Shown one piece after another: positions 50,724 to 61,545 of a DNA stretch of 64,000 nucleotides. Source of the stretch: an uncultured delta proteobacterium (GTDB lineage Bacteria > Myxococcota_A > Polyangia > Polyangiales > JAFGIB01). The stretch lies in contig CAVZVA010000003.1 of NCBI GenBank assembly GCA_963778655.1, positions 849,481 through 913,480 on the forward strand, in the 5' to 3' direction. Made by a program: the position numbers and the translations under genes. The number at the start of each line of letters is the position of its first letter. Positions within the stretch are counted from its first letter, which is position 1. The notes beneath the pieces were generated by a model, which had not been told where the DNA came from, searched no databases, and saw nothing but the letters and a program-made list of their open reading frames with translations.

Positions 50724-53488
50724 ATGAAGCCGGGGGAGCGAGTGAGACATGCCGACCTCGGCGAGGGCGTCATCATCTCTTCGCCTGTTGGTGGATTCGT
50801 AAGGGTCTTTTTTCCGAGCGGTGAGCGGCAGTTGCCAGTCAGCGGAATCGTTCCTGCACTTAGCCGTTCAGAGACCATCGTCCTCAACGCAAAGGGCGGG
50901 ACTGACCGTGCTCTACGGGCAGGCTTATGTTTCCAAGCGCACGCTTTGCCGTCTGATGGAGAACGTTAGTTCTCTTACCTCGGCGAGAATCGACCTTCTT
51001 CCCCATCAAGTTGTTCTCACCCATCGAGTGGCCACGGCGTATCCACGTCGCTTCCTCATCGCAGACGAAGTTGGCCTCGGTAAGACAATAGAGGCGGCAC
51101 TCATTTTGAGGGAACTGGTCAGCCGTGGCGAAATGAAACGTGCGTTGATGGTGGTACCTGCAGGTCTCGTCAACAATTGGCACCGCGAGTTGAATGATGT
51201 ATTCCATCTGAATTTCGAGGTCTTCGGCAGCGAAGGCGATGTCACCGACCGAAAATCTAACGCTTTCGAAAAGCACAACCTCCTGATTGCCAGCATCGAC
51301 ACGTTGAAGCTACGCCCACGCATGGCGCGGCTCAAGGCGGCGCCACCGTGGGACTTGGTTGTATTCGATGAGGCGCACCATCTCTCCGCGTATCGCCAGA
51401 ACGGAAAACTGATAAAGACGCAGAACTTCAAGCTGGCGGAGATGCTGAAGGAGCATACTCGCGATTTGGTATTGCTCTCTGCAACACCCCACCAAGGCGA
51501 CCACTTCCGCTTCTGGATGCTCGTGCAGATGCTTGACCCAACTCTTTTCAATTCTCCTGTGGAGATGGTTCAGCAGCGGCACCGGCTCAACACCGTAATC
51601 GTCCGACGCACAAAGGCTGATGCCTGTCGCCCGGACGGTTCCACACTGTTTGCACGACGACAGGTATTCACTGAGTCGTTCACGATGTCCACCGCCGAAA
51701 AGATGTTTTACGAGGCGTTGGTGCTCTATCTTCAGGACGGTTTCGCACTCGCAAAGCGGCAGGGAAGGCGCGGCCAAGGTCTGGCGTTTGTGATGACCAT
51801 CTTTCAGAAGATTGCGGCATCAAGCTTCGCTGCGGTGCAACGCACCCTCCGTCGTCGGCTAATCGCGCTCACTGTTCAAGAAGCCTTGATGCATGACCAG
51901 AAAATGGACATCGACCTGCGCAACGCGGCCTCTGATGAAGCACGTGTCCTGATTAGGGAACTCCATGACATCGCCGTAGGGCGTCTTGGGGATGCAGAGG
52001 TCGATAGGATTCTTGCGGACTACCGCTACAAAGTCCTCCGTCAGCAACGTGAAGAGGAAGATGCACTCGGTTACGGGGCGGACGAGTACTGCCTCTGAGA
52101 CAGCGGCAGCAGCAGCCGAGGACGCAGCGGCAACCAGTGTCTCTGTTGCATTGCCAGAGGAAAGACGGCGTATCAAGGAACTGCTTGGCAAGTATCCCTC
52201 CCAGCGAGAGACGAAGGTCGAAAAACTTATCGGTGCCTTGGGAGAACTCTGGCGGCAGAATCCGCAAGAACGGATGGTAGTTTTTGCCACCTATCTTGGC
52301 AGCGTTGAGATGCTCGGCAAGGAGATTGACAAGCAGTATCCGGGTCAGGGGGTCACGGTTCTCAAGGGCGGTGACCATGGCGCGAAGTCAGCCGCAGAGA
52401 AGCGATTCAAGGCGGCGGACGGGCCAAGAGTGTTGATTTGCACCGCCGCAGGCCGGGAAGGTATCAACCTTCAGCACGCCCGTGTGCTTTTCAATTTCGA
52501 CCTCCCGTGGAATCCGATGGACTTGGAGCAGCGCATTGGCCGTATCCACCGATACGGCCAGCAACATACGGCACAGATTTACAACCTCGTCTTGGGAGAT
52601 ACCATTGAGGGCTCCATTTTTCTGCTCCTAAACGAAAAGCTCACTGAAATCGGTAGGGCACTGGGGAAGGTGGATGAGCGTGGCGAAATTGCAGAAGACC
52701 TACGTATCCAAATTCTTGGGCAGCTTTCGATGGAAGTGAACTACGCCAGCCTGTATTCTGCGGCGTTAAGTGACCCACTGCTCAAACGAACAAAGGTTGA
52801 ATTGGACGCCGCAATGTCCAATGCTGTCGAAGCTCGAAAGGTCGTGTTCGAGTTGTTCCAAGACCTTGATGGTTTCCGGCTGGACGACTACAAAGCGCTT
52901 GGCGAATCAAAAGAAGGTATGGATGCCTTGATTGATTTCATCTCCGAAGCTGCCAAGGTCGAAGAAGGCAGTTTCTCGTCTCGTGGTGACAAGCTCTTCG
53001 TATGGAAAGACAGCGATAGTAAAGCAGAGCACTTGCTGACCACTGAGCGCGAAACTTCTCTTCAGCAAGAGAATGTTGAGCTAATTGGGCTCGACCACCC
53101 AATAGTTGGGGCTCGCTTGCTTCGTTATCGCGACGTTCCCCCAGAAGAACTTGGTGTGCGCGTAGAGTTCCCGGACGGTTCGGAAGGCGTCTTGGCAGCG
53201 TGGGCGGTTGAAGCACGAGGCGACAAGGGGCATGTGAAGCGAGCAATCGTAGTGTTGGCCGTCGATGCGGAAGGCAAGCGCCTTATCACATGGGAGCGCC
53301 ATCCCGAGACACTCTGGCAACAGCAACCTTGCAGCAAGGGCGGAATGACTCATGAGGCGCGTCTGGCACTGCTGAAGAATACTTTAGAACCAATGTTGCA
53401 GCGAGAGCTTGAGCACAAGGGCTTGGATAAGGCGAATCGTGGGTTCGAAGCAAAGCTGATTGCTTGGGTGGAAGCGACAAAACCATAA
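50724..53488 (+). CDS. SNF2-family helicase (frameshifted)
   Basis: LLPHQ, LIADEVGLGKT, FDEAHH, LSATPHQG, REGINLQ, DLPWNP..LEQRIGRIHRYGQ. Confidence 0.92.
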
Positions 53489-53614
53489 TGACTGACAAAT
53501 GCATTGGCCGGGGAATCCATTCCGCTGTCGGAGAATCCGCTGTTGCCATCAGCGAGATAGTTGGCATGGCACAACGAGAACAGCTTTCGTACATTACGCA
53601 GGGGAAGATTGCGG

Positions 53615-54865
53615 ATGCAACAATCGTATGACGACCAAATCCTGAAGGTTTCTGGCGAAACGTATAAACAGAACGTCTATCTGCTCGGGATGTACCTGAG
53701 AGATGCAAACAACATTCTGCACTCTCTCAAGTCCAACCCCGGCATTGGCAAATCCGACCTGTTGGGCGAGGCGGTAATCTTATTCGCGTCAGCGGGACTT
53801 GAAGGGAATCTTTCGTACCTTCGCGACACTGGCACTCGCTATATCTGATGCCGCGTCTGACCGCGTATTCAAAGACCCCGAACTCGAATATCTCAAAGCA
53901 ACTCAAATGGAATTCTCGCGCAATGCAGAACTGGTCACAAAGAAGCAGAAGCAGACCCTAAAAGAAAGGCTCCTGATTGTCCCCAAGCTGCTTGGACGTG
54001 CGCTTGGACGAGAATTCCAGATGCCCTCTGGAGGACAGAGTGCTCTCCGTTTGTACAACGCACTCGAAAAACGTGACGCAATTGCTCATCCTCGATGGAA
54101 TGCATACCCTCAAACTGGAATTGAGGACGCAGTCGATTCCTTCTATGCGGTTCTTGAATACATCGATTCTGTTCGAGAACAGTTCTTTCCGTACCTGATT
54201 GGATACATTGGACTGCTGAGCCAGTATGGCGCGATTGTATCCGACCACCCTAGAGAGCCTCCGCCGCTTCGGTTCAGAGTGCTCGATGACTTGAAGGACC
54301 TAACAGATGCACTTGCAGTTGGTTTAATGCTCAGATTATGTATGACGCCGCAATGGCTCACCCGACAAGAAGGTCATTCCAACGGCAGTATGTTTACACG
54401 AGCGGCACTAGTGGCACTGTACTCAATGGTAATCGCTCAGCTATCTTTCTCGCTCAGATTGGCAGAGTGGACCAGCGCATCATTTGACGAGAAGGAAATC
54501 AATTTCTTCAAATGAGGTGAGTATGGGTTGGATGATTCCGGGAATGCCGTTCTTCAAGATTCGAAGCAGCGATTTGAAGACCGGGCGACAATCATTCCGG
54601 CGCTCATTTCGAGAAGACTTGTCCTAATACACTTACATTCAATAACCGGGGAGAGACTTGGTTTCAGAACATGTTTAAGAAGTATTTCGACATCGGAAAC
54701 TCAGTCATGCATTCCAGTTTGGCGAGAGCACTTCCCGCGTTTAGGCGGAATCAAGGATGCATTGCCGCGGTGCGCCACTATTTCGCGTTTGTGACGACAG
54801 CCGGGGGACCTCTCGGGCTCTATAGCGGCCTTCTGAAAAGCAGCGCTTCGCGAGGGACTCATTAA
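53615..54865 (+). CDS. Hypothetical helical protein, possible tandem HEPN-like domains (frameshifted)
   Basis: RDAIAH (R-x4-H) in the first half and a degenerate GNSVMH at the matching place in the second half. Confidence 0.45.
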
Positions 54866-55365
54866 TGCAGAGCCTGACGAATTGCGCCGACCACGTTGCG
54901 TTGCTTGCGCCAGTGCCTATGGAGCACTTGGTGGACGGTAAAGAAATTGCTCTGACAATGGGTAAAGTCGCGTTCGGGAGCAGAGCCTCTGATGTGTTCC
55001 TCAAATTGGAACAGGAGCGCGGAGACAAGCCAGTCGAGGTCTACATCTACGAATCCTATGGCAAGGGCGCATACGACTTCTGCGTTTCGTGGCACGCACG
55101 TTATTGGGGGTTCGTCGGCGCGGTGAATGGAGCACATCCAGACGGAATGAAGTTCAGACCACCGTCCACAGGAATGTACCCGGCAGACAACGAAGGCCAC
55201 TGGCTCCTCTTTTGGGAGGTCGATGACTTGGACGAGATTCCTGACGCCGAAAGAAAGCACGTGGGCGAGTTCACGCCTTATGGGAAGAAGAAGCCTTACG
55301 GCAACTCCTTTGTTCCGCGAGGCCCGATGCTGGTTAATCGACCACTAATCCCTCTAAACGGATAG
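54865..55365 (+). CDS. Hypothetical protein, possible PUA/EVE-like fold
   Basis: Intact 166-aa ORF coupled by a TAATG overlap; aromatic-rich beta pattern (GKVAFGS, VYIYES, WLLFWEV). Confidence 0.55.
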   Translation: MQSLTNCADHVALLAPVPMEHLVDGKEIALTMGKVAFGSRASDVFLKLEQERGDKPVEVYIYESYGKGAYDFCVSWHARYWGFVGAVNGAHPDGMKFRPPSTGMYPADNEGHWLLFWEVDDLDEIPDAERKHVGEFTPYGKKKPYGNSFVPRGPMLVNRPLIPLNG

Positions 55366-55375
55366 GGCAATTACA

Positions 55376-56062
55376 TTGAATTCGTCTGAACTTGCCCACA
55401 TGGCCGAGCACTTCTACGGCTACGGCAGGTGGGACGCGCCGTACTGGTTCCTCGGCCCGGAAGCCGGTATGAGTAAGGACGGCATCGACAGTCTCTTCGC
55501 CCGGTACGAATCATGGAAGCAGTTAGGATGCGCTCCTGTGGTCGATTGTGAGAAGCACCATCGTGGATTTGGATTCACGAAATGGCATCGACACCATCCT
55601 CCAACACAGGCGACGTGGCGGCAACTGATTCGGCTGCTCCTTGCGTATAAAGGGCTTCCTGCTGACACCGAGGCAATCCGCGAATATCAGAGGACACAAT
55701 GGGGCAGCGAAACGGGAGAGACCTGCGTGATTGAGCTATCGGGTCTTGCCGCACCAAGCATGTTGGAGGAGCGGGACAGGGCGACTTTCCTGTCTCGGCG
55801 AATTGACCAAATCAGGCAGATGGTTCGGGAACATAGTCCGCTCTTCGTCGTGATGTATGGGGAATCCCATCGTGCAACTTGGGAGCGAATTGCCGATTCA
55901 AGATTCGACTCGAACGGCCTCTGCTGGATGGGAACGACTGTTGTCGCCATAGCCGTACACCCGACTGCACCCCGTCCCGCCGCTAAGGGACTGGTCAATG
56001 AATATTGGGTTTCCCTTGGGCGTCTCCTTCAGAGCACTGTCACCGGCTCCCACAAACCTTAG
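55376..56062 (+). CDS. Uracil-DNA glycosylase superfamily-like protein
   Basis: GYGRWDAPYWFLGPEAG (motif A-like), HSPLFVVMYG, AVHPT (motif B-like). Confidence 0.55.
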   Translation: MNSSELAHMAEHFYGYGRWDAPYWFLGPEAGMSKDGIDSLFARYESWKQLGCAPVVDCEKHHRGFGFTKWHRHHPPTQATWRQLIRLLLAYKGLPADTEAIREYQRTQWGSETGETCVIELSGLAAPSMLEERDRATFLSRRIDQIRQMVREHSPLFVVMYGESHRATWERIADSRFDSNGLCWMGTTVVAIAVHPTAPRPAAKGLVNEYWVSLGRLLQSTVTGSHKP

Positions 56063-56361
56063 GAAGGCTGGTCAATAGACCCCGCAGCCACATTTGAGCA
56101 GCGGCATCCCATCGTCGGTCGCCGACCCGCTCCTCGGGGCTCTGGACGCCGAGGACGGCGGAGTGGCGATTTTTGCCAGTTTTGATGGCAAAAGTGAGCC
56201 TGACCGGCAATTGGCAGGACGGCGGTTTGTGCCGCCTAAGCACCCGCGCCCGTGCGGGGTTGCCCGGAGGTTGCTTGGGGGGGGGGCTGACATATTTGTC
56301 CAGTATTGCAGTCAGGTGCGGGCCTAGCTCGCAACCGACGCGGCGACGGAAAGCAGATTAT

Positions 56362-57657
56362 CTAAGCAAGTTCGTCGTCCTCGTCTTCGAGGCTGAAAGT
56401 GGTCGTCGTGGTTTCGTCAAGGAACTCGATGTCCTCGGGCTCGGATTGTCCGGTGATTGCGAGGTACCTGTCCCAAATTGGCTTCCACGTGCTGGTCTTC
56501 TTCATGGCTGACATGAACTTGAGATTGCGGTCGCAACCGGAGCAGAACGCCTTGCAGTTCCAGTTGTACTGGCGCTGCGTATCGCTCTGGCTATAGGCAA
56601 TCAAGTCCTCGATAATGTCAACGTGGTAGGCATCCAGCAGCCTTCGGAAGTCGGCGACCCACAGCTTTTCCGAATTGGGCGGAAGCTTGGATGAGTCAAA
56701 CTTCTCATTGTGCTGCATGAGCAGACCCCACACACGGGCAAGTTCCTCGGCGGTGCCATCGAAGTCGATGAGGTCTTCTTCGGTGGCGTTTGGATGCTCT
56801 CTCCCGATGTGATTCGCCAAGTCCTCGGGGTTCTCCCCTGAAATCCGGGCGGCACAGTAAGGGCAGATGCGGGGTGGCTGAACTTTCTCGTGAGTTCCAG
56901 CGGGGATGCTTCGGTTGCCACCCCCCTTAACGGGAGCCTCGGCTTTTTCAGTTTCCGTTACAGATTGATTTGAAGAAGAGATAGGAAAACTTCCAGCCTT
57001 GCTCTTTAAGTGAAAGCTTGTAATACCTTCACCTTCTCCTTCTCCTTCTCCTTCATCTACACCTTTACCTTCACCTTCACCTTCTACTACTTCAAGGCGA
57101 TTTTGCCGATTTGCCGAGTCGTCAAAATCCGTTTGCCGATTTTGTTGACTGTCGCCGTTGGTACCCCAACGCTTCGCGTTGGTCGCCGCAGCGCCCTTAC
57201 GACCAGCAGCAGCCCGTTTTGCACTGACATCTGACTGCCTCTCCTTCTGGTAATTGGTCAGGCTGTAATCTCCCCATTTGTCTCCGTGTATCGACTGGAG
57301 CCACGCCGTGTATTCCTCTTCAGGTGGGGTGGGGCTTGCGTTGTCTTCCGCCGTTGCAAAGTTCCTCCGCATCGCCAATGGCGTATCAAATTGTATCCAT
57401 TCCTGCGTCCCCGCCTTATACAGAAACGCCAGCCCGGCATCTCGGTACTCGTTGCACCAATCCCTTAGGTTCTCCTCCGTCAGGTCGGCATCCTTGAAGG
57501 ACGAGAAGTTTGACAAAATGCAGGGCTCATCCAACTCGATTCGTGCGTAAAAGTTGGTGAGTCCTAGCATGAGGGGGTAGTACAGCCGAGCCTTGTTGCT
57601 CAGCTTGCGAAGCCGTTTGCCCCACAAGAGCCCTTTTGGGTCAATGAGGATTGCCAT
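56362..57657 (-). CDS. Phage-like replication initiator protein
   Basis: N-terminal LRKLSNKARLYY, KRAAAGRKGAAATNAKRWG linker, EG repeats, C2H2-like CPYC...H....H; GGAGG RBS. Confidence 0.55.
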   Translation of the reverse strand: MAILIDPKGLLWGKRLRKLSNKARLYYPLMLGLTNFYARIELDEPCILSNFSSFKDADLTEENLRDWCNEYRDAGLAFLYKAGTQEWIQFDTPLAMRRNFATAEDNASPTPPEEEYTAWLQSIHGDKWGDYSLTNYQKERQSDVSAKRAAAGRKGAAATNAKRWGTNGDSQQNRQTDFDDSANRQNRLEVVEGEGEGKGVDEGEGEGEGEGITSFHLKSKAGSFPISSSNQSVTETEKAEAPVKGGGNRSIPAGTHEKVQPPRICPYCAARISGENPEDLANHIGREHPNATEEDLIDFDGTAEELARVWGLLMQHNEKFDSSKLPPNSEKLWVADFRRLLDAYHVDIIEDLIAYSQSDTQRQYNWNCKAFCSGCDRNLKFMSAMKKTSTWKPIWDRYLAITGQSEPEDIEFLDETTTTTFSLEDEDDELA

Positions 57658-57659
57658 AA

Positions 57660-57977
57660 CTATCCTTCCTCCTTATGGGATTCGCGGTCAGCAACGATAC
57701 TCGCCATGTGGTCGGAGTAGTGACTGTTTAGCCGCTCGGTCAGACCGATGCTCAGGACCTGCTCCATCTGGTCCTCATAGTCCGACAAGTCGTACGTGAG
57801 GTCTTCGATGTCTGACCGATGCTGGTCAACCAATTCACGCTGTTTGCCAAGCAGCACGTTGAACCGTTCGGCTTCGTCGTTGATGTCTTGCATGTGCGAA
57901 TGCACTTGCCTGAGGAGGCGGATGAGCAAAACGAATACGTTCAGGTCATCTCGGTTTGGTCGGCTATAGTTCTGCAT
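57660..57977 (-). CDS. Hypothetical coiled-coil protein
   Basis: ORF coupled to the replication gene; heptad-like pattern. Confidence 0.55.
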   Translation of the reverse strand: MQNYSRPNRDDLNVFVLLIRLLRQVHSHMQDINDEAERFNVLLGKQRELVDQHRSDIEDLTYDLSDYEDQMEQVLSIGLTERLNSHYSDHMASIVADRESHKEEG

Positions 57978-58230
57978 GGTCACTCCCCGAGATAAGAACA
58001 TCAGTCGCAGAGTTGGCTCCAGAGCTATCCGCTTCTTCCTCGCGTTCCAGCTTTTCGGCAGTTGCCGCGCTAATGGCGCACAAGGACTCTCTGCGTTCTT
58101 CGATGAGCGACATCTGTTCTTTGAGCAGCGCATTGAAGCGTTCGAGTTCCGCGTTCATTGTGCGTTCAAGCCGCCGCCGAAATAGGAGGTCTTCAAACAC
58201 GTAGTTTGGGATTGTTTTACCGGTTGGCAT
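57964..58230 (-). CDS. Hypothetical protein
   Basis: Overlapping ORF in the same operon; GGAGG RBS. Confidence 0.5.
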   Translation of the reverse strand: MPTGKTIPNYVFEDLLFRRRLERTMNAELERFNALLKEQMSLIEERRESLCAISAATAEKLEREEEADSSGANSATDVLISGSDHAEL

Positions 58231-58450
58231 TGTTGTCTTCCTCCCCAACGGTTGATGACTGCTGGCTGTTACGACCGCACTTCCGCAACTTTCCGACTAG
58301 AAACACAAGCTGCTCTGAGCAGCCCAACTCGGAAGCGATGGCGGCATAGGGCCGCCCTGAATACCGAATTCGGCATTCGATAGCGTCATAAAAGACCTCT
58401 CGCACGGCGTCCATTGCGTCTTTCAGTTTGTTCCTCTTGGAATTTGTCAT
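58217..58450 (-). CDS. Small HTH (Cro-like) protein
   Basis: RPYAAIASELGCSEQLV helix-turn-helix pattern; first gene after an AT-rich intergenic region. Confidence 0.55.
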   Translation of the reverse strand: MTNSKRNKLKDAMDAVREVFYDAIECRIRYSGRPYAAIASELGCSEQLVFLVGKLRKCGRNSQQSSTVGEEDNNANR

Positions 58451-58785
58451 GCATTTCTCCATATGCGGCTCTGTCTCGCATCACCGCTTACTTATGACTT
58501 GCGTATTGCGACTTTTCACTGAATAAGTGAATGACAAATAGAAAATCGCAATAAAAATGGCAAAATCATGGTTTGTTAGTGAACACGTAAACCGGTCAGA
58601 TTTGTGCGAAGACCCAGTACGTATGCCCTGCAGGGGCTCAATGTCAGTCACAGCGTCTCGATGTGCGGAACCCGCATCGCCGTGCCAGCCAGAGGAAGTC
58701 TCCGGTCAGGTCTGGCAAGCTAATGACCGCATTAACGAACAGGCGAGAGCGGCGACAGTGCCATGGGACGGTATTGCCCGGTCCA

Positions 58786-59538
58786 TCACGCTTCACGCTT
58801 GGGGTACGGCAGCGACGGCAGCTTCAATGCCTCTCTGAGCCGTCTCCTCTCTGTGTCGCTACCATACACGCCCAAGAATCGGTGCTTCGCAACTCCCGGC
58901 ACAAGGTACGCACCTTGCGACACCAACAACGCCCACTGTTCAGCACGCGAGCGTCGATACTTCTGCTGCTCGCCTGTCTTCGCCCTCCCGTCACGTGCGA
59001 GGTTTGAAATCTGTCGGCAGTCACGCGACTTACCATTCAATACAAACTGCTGAGACGCCTGAGTGTAGCCCGTATATAGCCAGTTCAGGCTAGAGTAAAT
59101 CTGCCCTATCTCAGCAGCCCTCTCGTCCGCATAGGCTACGAACAAATGCTTGTCGTACTTGTCCGCCATGAATCGACAAGCACGGGAGATGAACCAACTA
59201 GGGCAATCCTTTGGCGTCCACGGAAGGCAACATCCCCTGATAAGTTCGCATACGTATTGCGCGTTCTCGATACCAGCGACAGCTTCGTTCACCCTCCGTC
59301 CCTGCGCTAGTTCCAAAGCCTTCGACACCTGCTAAGTGTTCGCCAAAATACAGACCAACGAGCCAGCGTGGAGAACCCATAGTTTGAACGACTCGTGCTT
59401 TAGGATGACTGGCTTCGCTGTGGCGTAATCAATCTCCCGCACGCTGGCATGAGTGAGGTCTTTGGCGAGTTCCCGCTTGATGTCCTCGTCGGGTTCGGGA
59501 GGGGAACTCTCACGGATAAGTCGCTGATGGCACTTCAT
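58786..59538 (-). CDS. Mom-family (GNAT-like) DNA modification protein (frameshifted)
   Basis: Read across frames: VREIDYATAKPVILKHE, GLYFGEHLAGV, ELIRG, SWFISRA, VAYAD...GQIYSSLNWLYTG. Confidence 0.7.
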
Positions 59539-60304
59539 GCGGCTTCCTCCTCCTCATCTTGCTTTTCGATTACTTGCACTGCCCAACTCAGTGTCCGTGC
59601 ATCTTGCAGAACCTTGCGCCATGCCTTCCTTGTCTTTTCGAGGTCGTCCTTTTGCCGTTCGGTTTGGGGTGCGGTGTGGACCACTCGTTCCATCACTCGG
59701 ATGTACCTCTCGGCAATTTCTACGATGGCTGCGAGACGCTTATTGACCTTCATCTCAGTCGAGGGCTTCACTTTTGTATTCCCCGCAGTATCCCCCACTT
59801 CTTTCGCTGCTGCCGCGACCGCATCAGCGTAGTGCTTTTCTTCGCTTGCAATGATGGCTTTTGCTTGTTCGCTTCCCCCTTCAGCAGATTTGCCGAGTTC
59901 TGCTTTGGTCAATGCAAGCATCTCTGCTGCCTGCTTCACAGCAGCATTCCGAGATGGGTTGGAACATGTGGTGTCCCATCCGAAAGCAGCTTGTTGTCGG
60001 TTAGGTCTGCAAAAGAACGCTGCACAGTCCTCAAGCTGGTCGTGATGTGATGACGTGTGGAGAAATTCCCGCTACCATAGACCCCACTCGCCATGCGGCA
60101 AGAGGTTCTTGATTTGGAGAAGTATCGGGAAGAGTTCACCGCTAATGCGAACCTGCAAAGCATGATAGGGGGTGAGCAACTCGGTAGCTTGGCGTCCGCC
60201 TCGTCACATAGCTTCCGAAGTTCTTCTTCCGGGTCGGAGACGACAATTGTCGTTTTTGAATCTTTTGCGGGAGTTTTTGAGAAATTTTTTCCTTCCTCAT
60301 TCAC
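59535..60304 (-). CDS. DUF3102-like protein (frameshifted, internal stop)
   Basis: An alternative frame reads LLQIKNLLPHGEWGLW. Confidence 0.45.
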
Positions 60305-60452
60305 GATGGATTTCGCCGGTACCTACTCCATCTGAGGGTCAGCAGCCCCCTGGATGGTGTGACAGGCGTGGTGGTCAGTTCGTTGTCGTTCATCGGATGC
60401 GTCCTTTCTTGGTCTTGAGGCACACTTCAGGCGACGGCATTTTCAATGCCGT

Positions 60453-60905
60453 TTAGTGCCGCGCGCCCCGGTTTAAAGTTGTGTCGATTGGTACGTCGCC
60501 ATTCGGCCAGAGGCGCTTCAGACAATGTGCCGCTACGTTACCCGGTTGATGGGCATAACCGAAGTCGCTTTGCGAATCGCCTTCATATTGAGGGCGCGCT
60601 CGTTCAAGTCTCGCGATATGCCTGACGGCGGCTGTCATGGACTCGGCATCCCGCCCTGATGCAGTGATGCAGCGGTTGCCGAGTCCAGCATGGCAGGAAG
60701 GACAGTCCACGATGTTGTCGATGGTTGTCGGGTCGGCATAGTCGTCTTGCCACATTGTGTTGTATGCCATGAAGGCTGCGACTTGCTGCTTCTTGAGGTC
60801 CATCGTCGCCGCTACTTCGGCGCATGACTTTCCATTAAGGACCATGCGGACAGCGGTGATTTCCGCAATCACTGCGTTGACCGTATTACGGAGTCGATTC
60901 CACAT
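60453..60905 (-). CDS. HTH plus phage-type zinc finger protein
   Basis: GKSCAEVAATMDLKKQQV and CPSCHAGLGNRC...HIAR. Confidence 0.55.
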   Translation of the reverse strand: MWNRLRNTVNAVIAEITAVRMVLNGKSCAEVAATMDLKKQQVAAFMAYNTMWQDDYADPTTIDNIVDCPSCHAGLGNRCITASGRDAESMTAAVRHIARLERARPQYEGDSQSDFGYAHQPGNVAAHCLKRLWPNGDVPIDTTLNRGARH

Positions 60906-61545
60906 ATAGGGCGAGAAGGGATCGACTCAGATGCTAGCCGCAGGTCAACTTCCCTCATTAGGGTCTGAAGGTCGCGCTTCAACTTGGTGAAGTCGATGGG
61001 CTCAACAAGATTCGTGAGTTTCGGTCGATTGGTCAAAGCGATTGCATTCTCCTTATCTCGGTTCGGGCATTCAGACGATGCCGGGTTGATTTGAGGCAAC
61101 ACTTCCCCGCAGGTCTGGCAAACTCCTTTTCGGGAGTTCGCCAAAGCCGTCAATCTCCGTCTTGTTGCCGTTTCGGACTGAGTGAGCGGTCCGACGCTTT
61201 GAACTGATTTCAGAGTACCCGGCAGACTGTGTTTTACTGGCGCGAACTTGATGAGCGTTCAAACCGGAGTAAAAGGGACTTGCTGGCTCGGTCCAAATCG
61301 AATCTGCACTCGCGCTCATGACCTTACCTTGACAGTGGCTGCTTCATCAAAGTCACCTTCTGCTCTGGCGATTTCGACTTTCAAATCCTAAATAGAGCGC
61401 GAACTCCGCATTGTAATGTGGCTGATTGCTCCCAAGCATCCTTAAGAGCATGGAGTTCCTCGGGCATTACTTCCCGCGAACTCGTTGGGCTGTCAAACTG
61501 GAGTAAAAGGGGAACCGCTTCTGCGACCTTGGATTGGGGAAGAGC

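Noticed and set aside
46698..53488. Programmed frameshifting or phase variation in the methyltransferase and helicase
   Set aside because: Shifts are numerous, scattered across unrelated genes and not at obvious slippery or repeat tracts.
54513..60074. In-frame stops (TGA at 54513, TAG at 60072-60074) as evidence of stop-codon recoding
   Set aside because: Neighbouring genes end normally in TGA/TAG and the region is error-rich; indels or substitutions explain them more simply.
60869..61319. Small minus-strand ORFs upstream of the Zn-finger gene
   Set aside because: They may be one frameshifted gene, but no recognisable motif supports a call.
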